From contig CBDFLQ010000007.1 in the NCBI GenBank assembly GCA_965249275.1, positions 1,030,395 through 1,094,394 on the forward strand: DNA of 64,000 bases, written 5' to 3'. The notes below the pieces were generated by a model that saw nothing but the letters and a program-made list of their open reading frames with translations, was not told the DNA's origin and searched no databases. Numbering within the stretch: the first letter of the stretch is position 1; each line of letters opens with the position of its first letter. This document shows, piece after piece, positions 22,747 through 32,915 of this stretch. The translations under genes were made by a program, and so were the position numbers. The stretch comes from Dehalococcoidia bacterium. GTDB taxonomy: Bacteria > Chloroflexota > Dehalococcoidia > Plut-88900.

Positions 22747-23729
22747 TGATACCCGACCCCTACGTCCTCCTCGACGTCCGTGGCCTGCAGATGCACTTTC
22801 CCGTAAGCAAGGGCGTCATATTCCAGTCCAGGGTGGGCGAAATCAAGGCAGTCGACGGCGTATCCTTCCAGATCATGCGCGGCGAGACTCTCGGCCTCGT
22901 CGGCGAAAGCGGTTGCGGCAAGACCACAATCGGCAGGTGCATTCTCCAGCTCCTCAAGCCCACCGGCGGTGAAGTCCGCTTCCGGGGCGAGGACCTTACC
23001 CAGCTCTCCGGCAAGGAAATGCGTCCCCTCAGGAAAGAGCTTCAGGTCATCTTCCAGGACCCTTACGGCTCACTAAATCCCCGCATGACCGTCGGCGCCA
23101 TAGTCGAAGAGCCTCTCATCATCCACAAGATTGGCGACCGCAACGAGCGAAAGAACAGGGTGCAGGAGCTGTTCGAGGTTGTGGGCCTCAATCCCAACAT
23201 GATGGACCGCTACCCCTACGAGTTCAGCGGAGGCCAGCGCCAGAGGATCGGCATCGCACGAGCCCTTGCCGTTAACCCGACCTTCATCGTCTGCGACGAG
23301 CCCGTTTCCGCCCTCGACGTTTCCATCCAGGCCCAGGTCATCAACCTGCTCCGCTCTCTCCAGGAACGCTTCGACCTCACCTATCTCTTCATCGCCCACG
23401 ACCTGTCCGTCGTGAGGCACATCTCGGACCGGGTCGCGGTCATGTACCTGGGCAAGATCGTCGAGATTACCGGCAGGGACGAACTCTACCGAGACCCAAA
23501 ACACCCCTACACCCGAGCACTTCTATCTGCCGTCCCCATCCCCGACCCCGTAGTCGAGGCCTCCCGCGAGCGCATTATCCTCACCGGCGACGTCCCCAGC
23601 CCCATCGACCCTCCAAAGGGCTGCTCCTTCCATCCCCGCTGCCCCTTCGCCATGGACGTCTGCCGGGAAATCACCCCCGTCCTAAAGAAGACCACCCAGG
23701 GCCACTCCGTCGCCTGCCACCTCTACTAG
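22743..23729 (+). CDS. oppF: Oligopeptide/dipeptide ABC ATPase
   Basis: [42 protein letters not shown]; ATGA overlap with oppD. Confidence 0.95.
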   Translation: MMIPDPYVLLDVRGLQMHFPVSKGVIFQSRVGEIKAVDGVSFQIMRGETLGLVGESGCGKTTIGRCILQLLKPTGGEVRFRGEDLTQLSGKEMRPLRKELQVIFQDPYGSLNPRMTVGAIVEEPLIIHKIGDRNERKNRVQELFEVVGLNPNMMDRYPYEFSGGQRQRIGIARALAVNPTFIVCDEPVSALDVSIQAQVINLLRSLQERFDLTYLFIAHDLSVVRHISDRVAVMYLGKIVEITGRDELYRDPKHPYTRALLSAVPIPDPVVEASRERIILTGDVPSPIDPPKGCSFHPRCPFAMDVCREITPVLKKTTQGHSVACHLY

Positions 23730-24080
23730 CCATAGGCAGCCGGGACGATTCCCATTGGTACTACCCGTAGGAGTTCCACTAATTTCAATCCTTGCCCAAA
23801 GGTTGGGAACCGTAGTGCAATTATATGGTCCAACCCCATGCCTGCATGCTGCCGTTGATAACGTCTTATCAACCAAAGAGGATCAGCTATGCTGACGTCA
23901 CCTGGCGTTGAGACTACGTACGAGCCCAAGAGAGTGCTGGTCCGATTGGACGAGCGCATACATGTGATATGCCAATGTTGGATGCCCCACTTCTGTACCG
24001 TGTTGTATTCCAAATTCCCGTTAGCCGGAGTGAATCTATTTCCCTAAACGGCTATGAGCCGCGGGGAGTCGATACAACTC

Positions 24081-24109
24081 TTGACACTAGCTATTGAGCC
24101 GCGTATCCT
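24081..24109 (+). promoter_or_regulatory. Sigma70-type promoter
   Basis: TTGACA-17nt-TATCCT upstream of the deacylase gene. Confidence 0.55.
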
Positions 24110-24249
24110 TGACCCTCTTTGGCCATGGGCGTACTGTTACCCTCAATGAACTTAAACCTAAGTTGTAATGTCGGAAATGGCTTTTAATCAGTCTTCCTGC
24201 ATTTCATTGAGGTTCAACTGTGAGGTTATCGTTTACGAGGAGGCTGAGT

Positions 24250-25977
24250 ATGTCCGATTTTGATACAGTAATTCGCAATGGAACAATAGTAGATGGTAGC
24301 GGACTTCCTGCCTACAAAGCAGATTTGGGTATCAAGAATGGCACAATTGCCCAAATCAGCGGTCGAATAAATACGAACAGCAAAAGGGAAATCGATGCCA
24401 CAGGATGTATTGTAGCGCCAGGGGCCGTGGAGATACACGGCCACTACGACGCTCAAATTCAGTGGGATCCATACTGCACCTCATCAGGTTGGCATGGAGT
24501 GACCACCGTCACCATCGGGGGGTGTGGATTTGGATGGGCGCCCTGCAAACCGGAAAACAGAGACGCCTACCTGGCGATGCTGAGCCGGGTAATGTCACTC
24601 CCTGTAGAGTCGCTGCGGAAATGGATGCGTTGGGATTGGGTTACTTTTCCAGAATACTTAGACAGCATAGATAAGCAGGGACTGGGTGTAAACGTGGCCT
24701 CTCTCGTTCCTTTCTCACCTTTAAGGGCCCACGTTATGGGTCCGGATGAGTCAAGGCAAAGAACTTCGATGACGGATACGGAACTGGAGGAGATGAAGGC
24801 ATTGTTCCGCCTTGGTATGGAAGCAGGTGCTTGGGGTTTCTCGGGTCACAAGAGCCTAGAGGACCGAGCAGGAGATGGAGGCTATCTACCCACCCACTTA
24901 GGTTCAAATGAGGAATATCTAGCGCTGGCAGAGATACTGGGTGAGTATGGGATAGGACACATCTTCTGGACAAGAGGTGAAATGGAGGGAACACCCAAAG
25001 AAGGGGAGGAATTTATCAGGGAGTTGACCCGAGTCAGTGGGAGACCAGTGCAGTGGCTCGGAATCATACAGCATAAGGAAGGCGACCAAGACGAGTGGAA
25101 AGAGCTTCTTGAGTGGACTGAAGAAAACCATACATTAGGGCTTCCCATCTATGCTCAGACCAGTTCTATATCCTTGGATATGCAGTTCCGCCTGGTCGAC
25201 TTTAACTTCTTCGATCACATTCCTAGTTGGGTCCAACCTCTGGTGGGCACGGCTGAAGAGCGTATGGCTAAACTCCGCAAGCCTGAAGTAAGGGAAGCGA
25301 TGAAGAAGGATGTTGATGAAGGCCGGACAGGAGACTTCCACAACAACTGGAACAGGGTCATGGTTGTAAAGACCGCTAGGGACCGCAACCGTAAATATGA
25401 CGGTCTTAGCGTAGGTGAGGTTGCCAATATGATGGGCAAGCACCCGGTGGACGCCCTGCTTGATCTGGCTCTTGATGAAGACTTGCTCACTGAGTTGGCG
25501 TTTCCCTGTTTCGTTAATTCCGAGCCGAACGCAACCGCTGAGATTCTCAATCATCCGGGTACGCATCCAGCTATATCTGATGGCGGAGCGCACTTCAGTT
25601 TCGTCCAGATGGCCTTTTGGCCCACCGATCTTCTAAGCACTTGGGTGCGTGATAGAGGGATCATGAGTCTGGAAAAGGCTCACTACAAGCTGAGCGCTTT
25701 GCCAGCCTGGATCGCTGGATACCGAGACCGTGGCATGCTACGTGAGGGAATGGCAGCCGATATCATAGTCTATGACTTTGACAAGCTGCGTGTTAAGTAT
25801 GACTCTCCCATTTTCACTAATGATTTGCCGGGTGGGGACCGGCGACTAATCCAAAAGGCCGAAGGATATCGCTACACGCTTGTAAACGGAGTAGTAACAT
25901 TCGAAGATGATAATCAATGTACCGGCGCCTTGCCGGGTAAACTACTTCGTAGCTATGACTATGTGGTGGGCGGGTAA
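24250..25977 (+). CDS. N-acyl-D-amino-acid deacylase family amidohydrolase
   Basis: IRNGTIVDGSG, HGHYDAQ, WHGVTTV, SDGGAH, ADIIVYD; GGAGG before ATG24250. Confidence 0.92.
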   Translation: MSDFDTVIRNGTIVDGSGLPAYKADLGIKNGTIAQISGRINTNSKREIDATGCIVAPGAVEIHGHYDAQIQWDPYCTSSGWHGVTTVTIGGCGFGWAPCKPENRDAYLAMLSRVMSLPVESLRKWMRWDWVTFPEYLDSIDKQGLGVNVASLVPFSPLRAHVMGPDESRQRTSMTDTELEEMKALFRLGMEAGAWGFSGHKSLEDRAGDGGYLPTHLGSNEEYLALAEILGEYGIGHIFWTRGEMEGTPKEGEEFIRELTRVSGRPVQWLGIIQHKEGDQDEWKELLEWTEENHTLGLPIYAQTSSISLDMQFRLVDFNFFDHIPSWVQPLVGTAEERMAKLRKPEVREAMKKDVDEGRTGDFHNNWNRVMVVKTARDRNRKYDGLSVGEVANMMGKHPVDALLDLALDEDLLTELAFPCFVNSEPNATAEILNHPGTHPAISDGGAHFSFVQMAFWPTDLLSTWVRDRGIMSLEKAHYKLSALPAWIAGYRDRGMLREGMAADIIVYDFDKLRVKYDSPIFTNDLPGGDRRLIQKAEGYRYTLVNGVVTFEDDNQCTGALPGKLLRSYDYVVGG

Positions 25978-26017
25978 CATCTCTAGGAGATATTGACCAG
26001 AAAGGCAGGTATTTACG

Positions 26018-27181
26018 ATGGCCTTCAAAACTGTGGATATTGACGCTCATGTGGCCGAGCCCATAACTCTAATCATGGACGAGTACCTTGATCCGGCATT
26101 TAAGGATCGCCCCTTGCGCTTGTTAAAAGATGAAAAGGGTCTGGAGTATGTGGAGATCAATGGCAAGAAGTCTATTATGCTTCAGGGTGGGGCGGGCCTA
26201 GGTCTTGAGGCCGGCAAAGGGTTCGGTGCGACCGCAGAGGAGTTGCTGCCCTTCTTCACCCCTGGAGGTGTGGACTATTACGACGGTATGATTCCCGCGG
26301 CACACGACCCTCACGCTAGAATTGAATGGATGGATGCAGAAGGAGTTGACATCGCTCTGCACTACCCCTCCCTAGGGCTCTACTGGGAAGCTGAGTGTGA
26401 TGACCCTAAAGCGGCCGCCGCATATTGCCGTGCTTACAACGACTGGTTAATGGACTTCTGCAAACCCTATCCAGACCGGCTCTTTCCCATAGCTCATATT
26501 CCGACCATGGATGTGCAAGAGGCAGTGAAGGAAGTGAAGAGAACCGCGGATCTGGGAGTAAAGGGATTTATGATCTATAGCGCTTGCCCCAATGATCGCC
26601 ACTGGGGTGACCCATATTTCAATCCCCTTTTCAAAGAAGTCCAAGAAACGGGCTTACCTGTTGCACCCCACCCCACCACAGACCTGAACTATATGGGTAT
26701 GGACCCATACGAAGAAGTCAACGATTCCATGGATTTCTTGTTCTCCAATTTCTGGTGGACCACCCAGACAGTAGCGTTTCAATCCCACTTGGCGCTCCTC
26801 AGTATGACAAGCAGGGGCGCGTTCGACCGCTTCCCTGAGCTTAAGTTCGTGCTTCTGGAAACTGGCGCCACCTGGATAGCTTATTGGCTTGAGCGGATGG
26901 ACGATAGATGGGAGCGAGAACAAGTAACTGTCCAATTCAGTCTTCAGCCTAGTGAATATTTCCAGCGGCAGTGTTGGATCTCCTTTGAGCCAGAAGAGGA
27001 ACTAATACCCCATGTAATAAATCGGTGGGGAGCAGACAGGTTCTTCTGGGCTACTGACTTTCCACACCACGATGGATATCCTGGAGTCCTCAACAAAGTA
27101 AAGGCTTTGATAGCACCCTTGTCGGAGGAGGACCAAAGGAAAGTCCTATCTGAAAACGGGATAAAGACATATAACCTCTAG
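26018..27181 (+). CDS. Amidohydrolase_2 family protein
   Basis: DIDAHVAEP, YNDW, LETGATW, WATDFPH; close paralog of 15448-16605. Confidence 0.93.
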   Translation: MAFKTVDIDAHVAEPITLIMDEYLDPAFKDRPLRLLKDEKGLEYVEINGKKSIMLQGGAGLGLEAGKGFGATAEELLPFFTPGGVDYYDGMIPAAHDPHARIEWMDAEGVDIALHYPSLGLYWEAECDDPKAAAAYCRAYNDWLMDFCKPYPDRLFPIAHIPTMDVQEAVKEVKRTADLGVKGFMIYSACPNDRHWGDPYFNPLFKEVQETGLPVAPHPTTDLNYMGMDPYEEVNDSMDFLFSNFWWTTQTVAFQSHLALLSMTSRGAFDRFPELKFVLLETGATWIAYWLERMDDRWEREQVTVQFSLQPSEYFQRQCWISFEPEEELIPHVINRWGADRFFWATDFPHHDGYPGVLNKVKALIAPLSEEDQRKVLSENGIKTYNL

Positions 27182-27673
27182 GATTGGACTACTTGTTTGG
27201 CTTCTGCGTGACGGCACTGACCAAAGAAGCCCCTAAAAGGAGTCTCATCTGAGCCTTGCTGGGCTATGTCCCAACTTGTGTTTATCCGACCGAAAACAAC
27301 CATACCGTTCTTTGGAGTTCTACATACAAAATTACGATGTGGATCAGCGCCTGCGTGAGCTGGAGGATCCATACCCAGACAATAGCTCTGGCGTAGGCGT
27401 GGGCGCATGCACTGCCGATGCAACATACACAACACCCAACGGACAAAAGCCTTTCCCGTTGCCTCGGCCACCGATGTCCCTCTAAAGGTCGGGTTATGTG
27501 TCTCCTAGGCTAGTGGAATTCACCATTCGCTCATTCCGCCAGTCCTTATCGGTATCAATGCTAGATTTGGTAAGGCTGACAATCGTCGTAGGAGACATAC
27601 ACTAACTCAACAATAAGCTGCACGCTTCTACAAATAAGCACTGGATATAGGGACATTAAGGAGGAAAACGCAT

Positions 27674-29446
27674 ATGTTTGCCTACAGGCCGAAGAGACGA
27701 ATGAACCTGATCTTGGCCGTAGGGTTAGTGGCAGCAATCGTCTTGTTAGTGGTGGCATGTGGAGGTGGAGAAGAGGAGACGGTTGATCCCACAGCCACAA
27801 GTCCGACAACCCAAGCTACTCCCACATCATCATCTGCTGCCCCCACTGAAACCGCAGCTTCTATGGAAGGGCCGATTCCTGGTGGAACAGTGACAATGCC
27901 TGTGTACGCGGATCCTTTTGGTTTTGATGCCAGTAGGGTAGCGGATTTCGGGACTATGAACTCCAATTCCATGACCCACAGCAGGTTGTTCAGATACTTC
28001 AATGGGCCGAACTTTGCAGATCCTAACTCTGTTGAGTATGTTCTCAACTATGAATTCCAAGGTGATCTCGCGAGAGATTATGAGTTTGAAACACCTACCC
28101 GATTGAGGATTGATTTGAGGGATGGAGTCAAATGGCAAAACCTGCCTCCTCTCAACGGGCGTCAATTTGCGTGTGCCGACGTTCAATTCAGCATAAACCG
28201 TTACTTGGACCCAGAGTCGCCTGTTAGTTATCTCTTGGGGCCCATTGATTCTGTGGAATGTAGGGATGATCTAACAGTTGTGATTAATCTCTCGGACCCC
28301 TATGTTGCCCTACCCCAAATTCTGGCTGCGAACCAGTACCCCATGTACGCACCCGAGGTCCTGGAGGAGTTCGGCACCCTAGAAACCGCTGAGGCAGTCA
28401 TTGGCACCGGTCCCTTCATTCTCAAAAGTCACAACCCTGGAGTCGAGGTAGTGTTCGAAAGAAACCCCGACTACTATAGGGCCCCACTGCCTTATCTTGA
28501 TGAGGTGGTGTGGAAGGTTGTCCCAGACATCAATACGGCCTTTGCATCGTTCCAGGCTGGGGACCTTGACTTTGTCTCGGTCAATTACAGCAATTACTTC
28601 ACCATAGCCGGGGGTGATCGTAGTGCCCTGTCACAGGTGCCAGGCGTAGTCTATAACTCCCATCCTTTCCCTCAGTGCACCGACCCCATCCTCATGCGGA
28701 CGGACATACCTCCTTTAGATGATGTACGGGTGAGGCAAGCTATACGATCGGTTTTGAATAGCCGTACCATTGTAGATACAGTATATGGAGGGCATGCGGA
28801 GGTCGGAAGGGGAGAGATCTCCCCAGGGTTCATAAAGTGGTGGCTGCCTGATAGCGAGCTTGACCCTGATGTCCTCAAGTTCTACGAGTTTGACCAAGAG
28901 TTGGCCAAGGAGCTAATGGTTCAAGCGGGATACCAGGATGGATTCGATATCACCTTGGTCGCCACTGCGGATTATGGCCCCACGCTGGTCCAGGAAGCAG
29001 AATTCATCGCCAGTTCTTTGTCTTTGATAGATATCAAAGTAGAGATAGTGAGCTTGGAGTATGGCGCCTACGTCAGCTCGGTTCCAGTTGGTGACTTTGA
29101 AGGCATGGCCTTGTACTCGCAGTTGCTATGGAATGATCCCGAGGGGGCAACTGCCATCTGGTATCTGCCGGGTTCGCCCTTCAATTCAAGCCACGTGGAT
29201 GACCCTGTTCTCACGGACATGCTGCTGGCCCAAAGGGCTGAACTTGACCCTGTGCAAAGAAAGGCGCTGTGGGACGATATCTACCGGTATCTTTCCGATA
29301 AATTCTACTACATCTGCAGTTCTAGCCCATCTGCCGACAGTGGCTGGCACGGCTGGGTGAATAACGTAGGATTTAAGGAAGAGTTCGAAATAGGCGCGTG
29401 GCTGTTGGAGGCTTGGTTAGCGGAGGATGCACCGGGTCGGAAATAG
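27674..29446 (+). CDS. ABC substrate-binding lipoprotein, family 5 (OppA/DppA)
   Basis: Lipobox VVAC, GDLA, LRDGVKW, IGTGPF, RNPDYY, DVRVRQAI. Confidence 0.93.
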   Translation: MFAYRPKRRMNLILAVGLVAAIVLLVVACGGGEEETVDPTATSPTTQATPTSSSAAPTETAASMEGPIPGGTVTMPVYADPFGFDASRVADFGTMNSNSMTHSRLFRYFNGPNFADPNSVEYVLNYEFQGDLARDYEFETPTRLRIDLRDGVKWQNLPPLNGRQFACADVQFSINRYLDPESPVSYLLGPIDSVECRDDLTVVINLSDPYVALPQILAANQYPMYAPEVLEEFGTLETAEAVIGTGPFILKSHNPGVEVVFERNPDYYRAPLPYLDEVVWKVVPDINTAFASFQAGDLDFVSVNYSNYFTIAGGDRSALSQVPGVVYNSHPFPQCTDPILMRTDIPPLDDVRVRQAIRSVLNSRTIVDTVYGGHAEVGRGEISPGFIKWWLPDSELDPDVLKFYEFDQELAKELMVQAGYQDGFDITLVATADYGPTLVQEAEFIASSLSLIDIKVEIVSLEYGAYVSSVPVGDFEGMALYSQLLWNDPEGATAIWYLPGSPFNSSHVDDPVLTDMLLAQRAELDPVQRKALWDDIYRYLSDKFYYICSSSPSADSGWHGWVNNVGFKEEFEIGAWLLEAWLAEDAPGRK

Positions 29447-29474
29447 GCACGAGGATTAATAGAAGCTACTCACA

Positions 29475-29513
29475 CAATTGGGAGCGGCTGCGGTTCGCAG
29501 CCGCTCCCAATTG
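29475..29513 (+). terminator. Perfect 18-bp stem-loop between SBP and permease genes
   Basis: caattgggagcggctgcg-gtt-cgcagccgctcccaattg; no U tract, so more likely an mRNA stabiliser or attenuator. Confidence 0.7.
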
Positions 29514-29561
29514 AATATCCGTCTTGGCGGCTTTGAAGCAAAAGTTCTAGAGGTCATTTAA

Positions 29562-31610
29562 GTGGGGACATATGTCATTAGAAGACTTCTCCTTGTCTTC
29601 CCTACGCTATTAATCGTAACCATCCTTGTCTTTGCGGTGATAAGAGTAGTGCCTGCCAGCTCACTGGATATAATAGCGGGACGCTCAGGCTCCATTAGCG
29701 AGGAGGGCGTGGAATTGTTGAAGGAGAGATTGGGACTTAGTGCCAATCCCTTTCAGCAATATGTCCAATGGTTGATAGGGTGGCCTACATTTGTGACCGA
29801 GGGATTGAAAAGTACCGACGGTGGTGCGACGTGGAGAAACATTAAGCCGATTAGCAATAATAAAGGAAGGAGCATGACTTTTGTAGATCAAAACAATGGC
29901 TGGGGACTAGGGAGGAACAACAGAGTTTTCGAACTCTCTAGCGGAGGTCTCCAATGGACCTTTTTTGCTAGAAGCAAAGAAGTGGACATTACTGCGTTAT
30001 CCTTTATAGACAAGGACACCGGATGGATCGTGGGAGATAACGGTGTTGTTTTCTTTGTCAATAAGGCAATAAGGGATATAGCTGAATATTTGAACGAAAC
30101 ACAGCAGATAAAGCAGCTACTGCAAAAGGCTGCGCATGAAGATTCTTTATTTCCCAGGGAGGAAGTCGCCTCATTGATCAAGGCCGCTCCCTTCCGAGAC
30201 CGGACTGAAAACCTGACCGATGATGATGTAGATAAAATTCTGCACCAGATGCTCATGGGAGAAAATGGCACAATAGAACCATGGGTACAGCAATCGGTTG
30301 ACAATACTGAGAACTTGCTGGAGGTTCTTTTTATCGATGCCAACAACGGTTGGATTTTGACCGAGAACAACCAGCTTCTCTTCACAACTGATGGTGGTTA
30401 TGTATGGACAACATCCGTCTTTGGCACAGACTCAGAGATATCTGATTTTCACTTCATAAGTGCTAAGCAAGGCTGGGCAGTTGGGGATCATGGAGTCATC
30501 GTTCACACTCTTGATGGAGGTATTACATGGGTTATCAAGGAGAGCACATCAGCGCACCGCCTTAATGATATCGTTTTCATCAACCCGCTGCAGGGATACA
30601 TAGTGGGAGACAAAGGGACTATTCTTACTACCAGTGATGGAGGGATCCACTGGGTTGCACAGTTGCTGGATACGGACGTTGAACTGCTTTCAGTAGCATT
30701 TAGCGACGCCAATAGCGGTCTGGCAGTAGGCGATAATGGCACCATCCTCAGAAGCATAGACGGTGGAATCCACTGGGTAGAGGTTGAAAGCAATACAACA
30801 AAAGCCCTCGGGGAAGTCCTTATGACTGGCACTACAGCCCACGCCATAGGGACAAAAGTTGAATGGCAGTGGGGCGTCGTTGGAGGGAATTTAGGGAAAT
30901 CAGTGACCACTGCTGTAGGCACACCGGTAATAGACCAATTAACTAGAGCCGCCCCGATAACTTTTGAGTTGGGGCTATTGGCCGTATTGATGGCGTCACT
31001 AGTGGGAGTTCCTATCGGGGTTTTGTCAGCGCTACGTCAGGACACCGTGGGAGACTATGCTGGCCGGATTGTAGCTGTAGGTGGGTTGGCAGTGCCCACT
31101 TTCTGGTCAGCTACTCTCGTAATCATTATTCCGTCCATTCTTTTTAATTGGACTCCCCCATTGGCTTACATAAGCTTCGCCGACAACCCCTTTGCCAATC
31201 TCGGCTATATAGCAATACCGGCCGCCATTGCCGCTATACCCTTAATGGCTGGCATTATGCGAATAACCCGGGCAATGGCCCTAGAGATAGCTCGCCAAGA
31301 TTACATTCGAACTGCTTGGGCCAAGGGCCTTAGGGAAACAGTAATAGTTAGGCGTCATCTGCTTAAGAACGCCATGATACCCGTGGTCAGTGTTATGGGA
31401 ATTGAATTTGCGGCCACAGCAGGTGAACTAGTGGTTATCGAGCAGATATTTGGTGTGCCTGGGTTGGGACGCCTTGGGTTTGATAGTGTTAAGCTCCGAG
31501 ACTTTTCCACACTTCAAGGAGTGGCACTGACCATGGGGTTCTTCATAGTGTTTGTTAATCTCGGAGTAGACCTTCTTTATACCTATCTGGACCCTAGAAT
31601 TCGTCAATAG
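29562..31610 (+). CDS. OppB/DppB-type ABC permease with inserted YCF48/BNR beta-propeller
   Basis: N-terminal YVIRRLLLVFPTL...QYVQW, C-terminal GNLGKS...QDYIRTAWAKGL...LDPRIR, and between them repeated FxxxxxGWxVG..(T/S)xDGGxxW units. Confidence 0.92.
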   Translation: MGTYVIRRLLLVFPTLLIVTILVFAVIRVVPASSLDIIAGRSGSISEEGVELLKERLGLSANPFQQYVQWLIGWPTFVTEGLKSTDGGATWRNIKPISNNKGRSMTFVDQNNGWGLGRNNRVFELSSGGLQWTFFARSKEVDITALSFIDKDTGWIVGDNGVVFFVNKAIRDIAEYLNETQQIKQLLQKAAHEDSLFPREEVASLIKAAPFRDRTENLTDDDVDKILHQMLMGENGTIEPWVQQSVDNTENLLEVLFIDANNGWILTENNQLLFTTDGGYVWTTSVFGTDSEISDFHFISAKQGWAVGDHGVIVHTLDGGITWVIKESTSAHRLNDIVFINPLQGYIVGDKGTILTTSDGGIHWVAQLLDTDVELLSVAFSDANSGLAVGDNGTILRSIDGGIHWVEVESNTTKALGEVLMTGTTAHAIGTKVEWQWGVVGGNLGKSVTTAVGTPVIDQLTRAAPITFELGLLAVLMASLVGVPIGVLSALRQDTVGDYAGRIVAVGGLAVPTFWSATLVIIIPSILFNWTPPLAYISFADNPFANLGYIAIPAAIAAIPLMAGIMRITRAMALEIARQDYIRTAWAKGLRETVIVRRHLLKNAMIPVVSVMGIEFAATAGELVVIEQIFGVPGLGRLGFDSVKLRDFSTLQGVALTMGFFIVFVNLGVDLLYTYLDPRIRQ

Positions 31611-31715
31611 CAGATCAATATGCGTTTCCCCTTTTGCCAATTGGTTACTGACAGAATTTTCGCGAAGGGGGCAGGCTATACCATTGGAATTCAAGTTTAG
31701 CTGGCCGAGAATTCA

Positions 31716-32642
31716 GTGCTAGAAAGCGGTATTAGAACGACTTTAATCCCCATTACTAAACATCCTTTGGGGAGGCTTCTGGTTCGCATGTTCAAGGAGA
31801 AGCCTCTAGCCAGGGTGGGTTTTCTTATTGTAGTAATGTGGCTTGCTATAGCTCTCTCTTCCTCTGTGATAGCTCGAGAAGGCATCAATGAACTCCCTGA
31901 GGATGCCAGCAACAGCCTCAAAGCTCCCAGTGCGGAATTCTGGTTTGGTACCGATGCCCTTGGCCGGGATCAATATAGCAGAATAGTTAAAGGGGCAGTG
32001 GTATCCGTGATCGTGGGGTTGTGTGCCACGGCCATAGGGGTTGGAGGGGCCGTTATTGTAGGCACTCTGTCCGGCTACATCGGCGGGAAGGTTGATATTG
32101 CAGCACAACGCCTAGTAGATGGCTTGATGGCTTTTCCATTCTTGCTATTTGCGCTAATGGTCGTCGGTATTTTCCAGGATGTATGGAGGGGTCCTGAAGG
32201 AGGAATGTTTAAGGTGATTGTGGTCTTGGGGATACTCTTCACAATATGGTTGTCACGGGTTGTAAGAGGGGCGGTTTTGGCTACTAAAGAGCTACAATAC
32301 GTAGAGGCGGCAAAGGCAGTTGGATGTTCCGACTTCAGGATAATGATGTTCTATATCCTTCCAAACATTATGCCCACCATTATCATCCTAGCTACCCTAA
32401 GCGTAGCCTGGGCCGTACTCTTAGAGGCAGCCCTAAGCTTTCTCGGGTTCGGTGTTCCCCCTCCATTTCCATCTTGGGGAGGTATGCTTGGTGACTCCCT
32501 AAACAAGATGCGTCAGGCACCTTGGCTGGTAATCTTTCCCGGCTTTGCAATCAGCCTCTTTGTCTTCGGTGTGCAGGTTTTTGGAGATGGCCTAAGAGAT
32601 CTGCTAGATCCTCGCCTGGGAAACACGAGATCCAGCCGCTAG
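31716..32642 (+). CDS. OppC/DppC-type ABC permease
   Basis: FGTDALGRD, YVEAAKAVG (EAA motif), LSFLGFG, GDGLRDLLDPR. Confidence 0.93.
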   Translation: MLESGIRTTLIPITKHPLGRLLVRMFKEKPLARVGFLIVVMWLAIALSSSVIAREGINELPEDASNSLKAPSAEFWFGTDALGRDQYSRIVKGAVVSVIVGLCATAIGVGGAVIVGTLSGYIGGKVDIAAQRLVDGLMAFPFLLFALMVVGIFQDVWRGPEGGMFKVIVVLGILFTIWLSRVVRGAVLATKELQYVEAAKAVGCSDFRIMMFYILPNIMPTIIILATLSVAWAVLLEAALSFLGFGVPPPFPSWGGMLGDSLNKMRQAPWLVIFPGFAISLFVFGVQVFGDGLRDLLDPRLGNTRSSR

Positions 32643-32915
32643 TGTAACTAATCTAGAGCCTCCGCTCCTACTAGATAATATTCGCTAACATTATCTGGCA
32701 CCATTAACAAAGTTTGGCATGGCAATTGAAGAACCTCTTTACATCCTGATTCGCAAATTTGCGGTCTCCCGATTTGAAGCGTGTGGATCTGGTGTGTATA
32801 AACGACATGTGCTTATGTTATTGTTCTACATATAATATTAGTCCTCAATGATTAGCAGTTGCCTTCTGGTATAATTTGTCCGCGTGTATACAATTGTCGC
32901 TTAGAGGAGGGGTAT

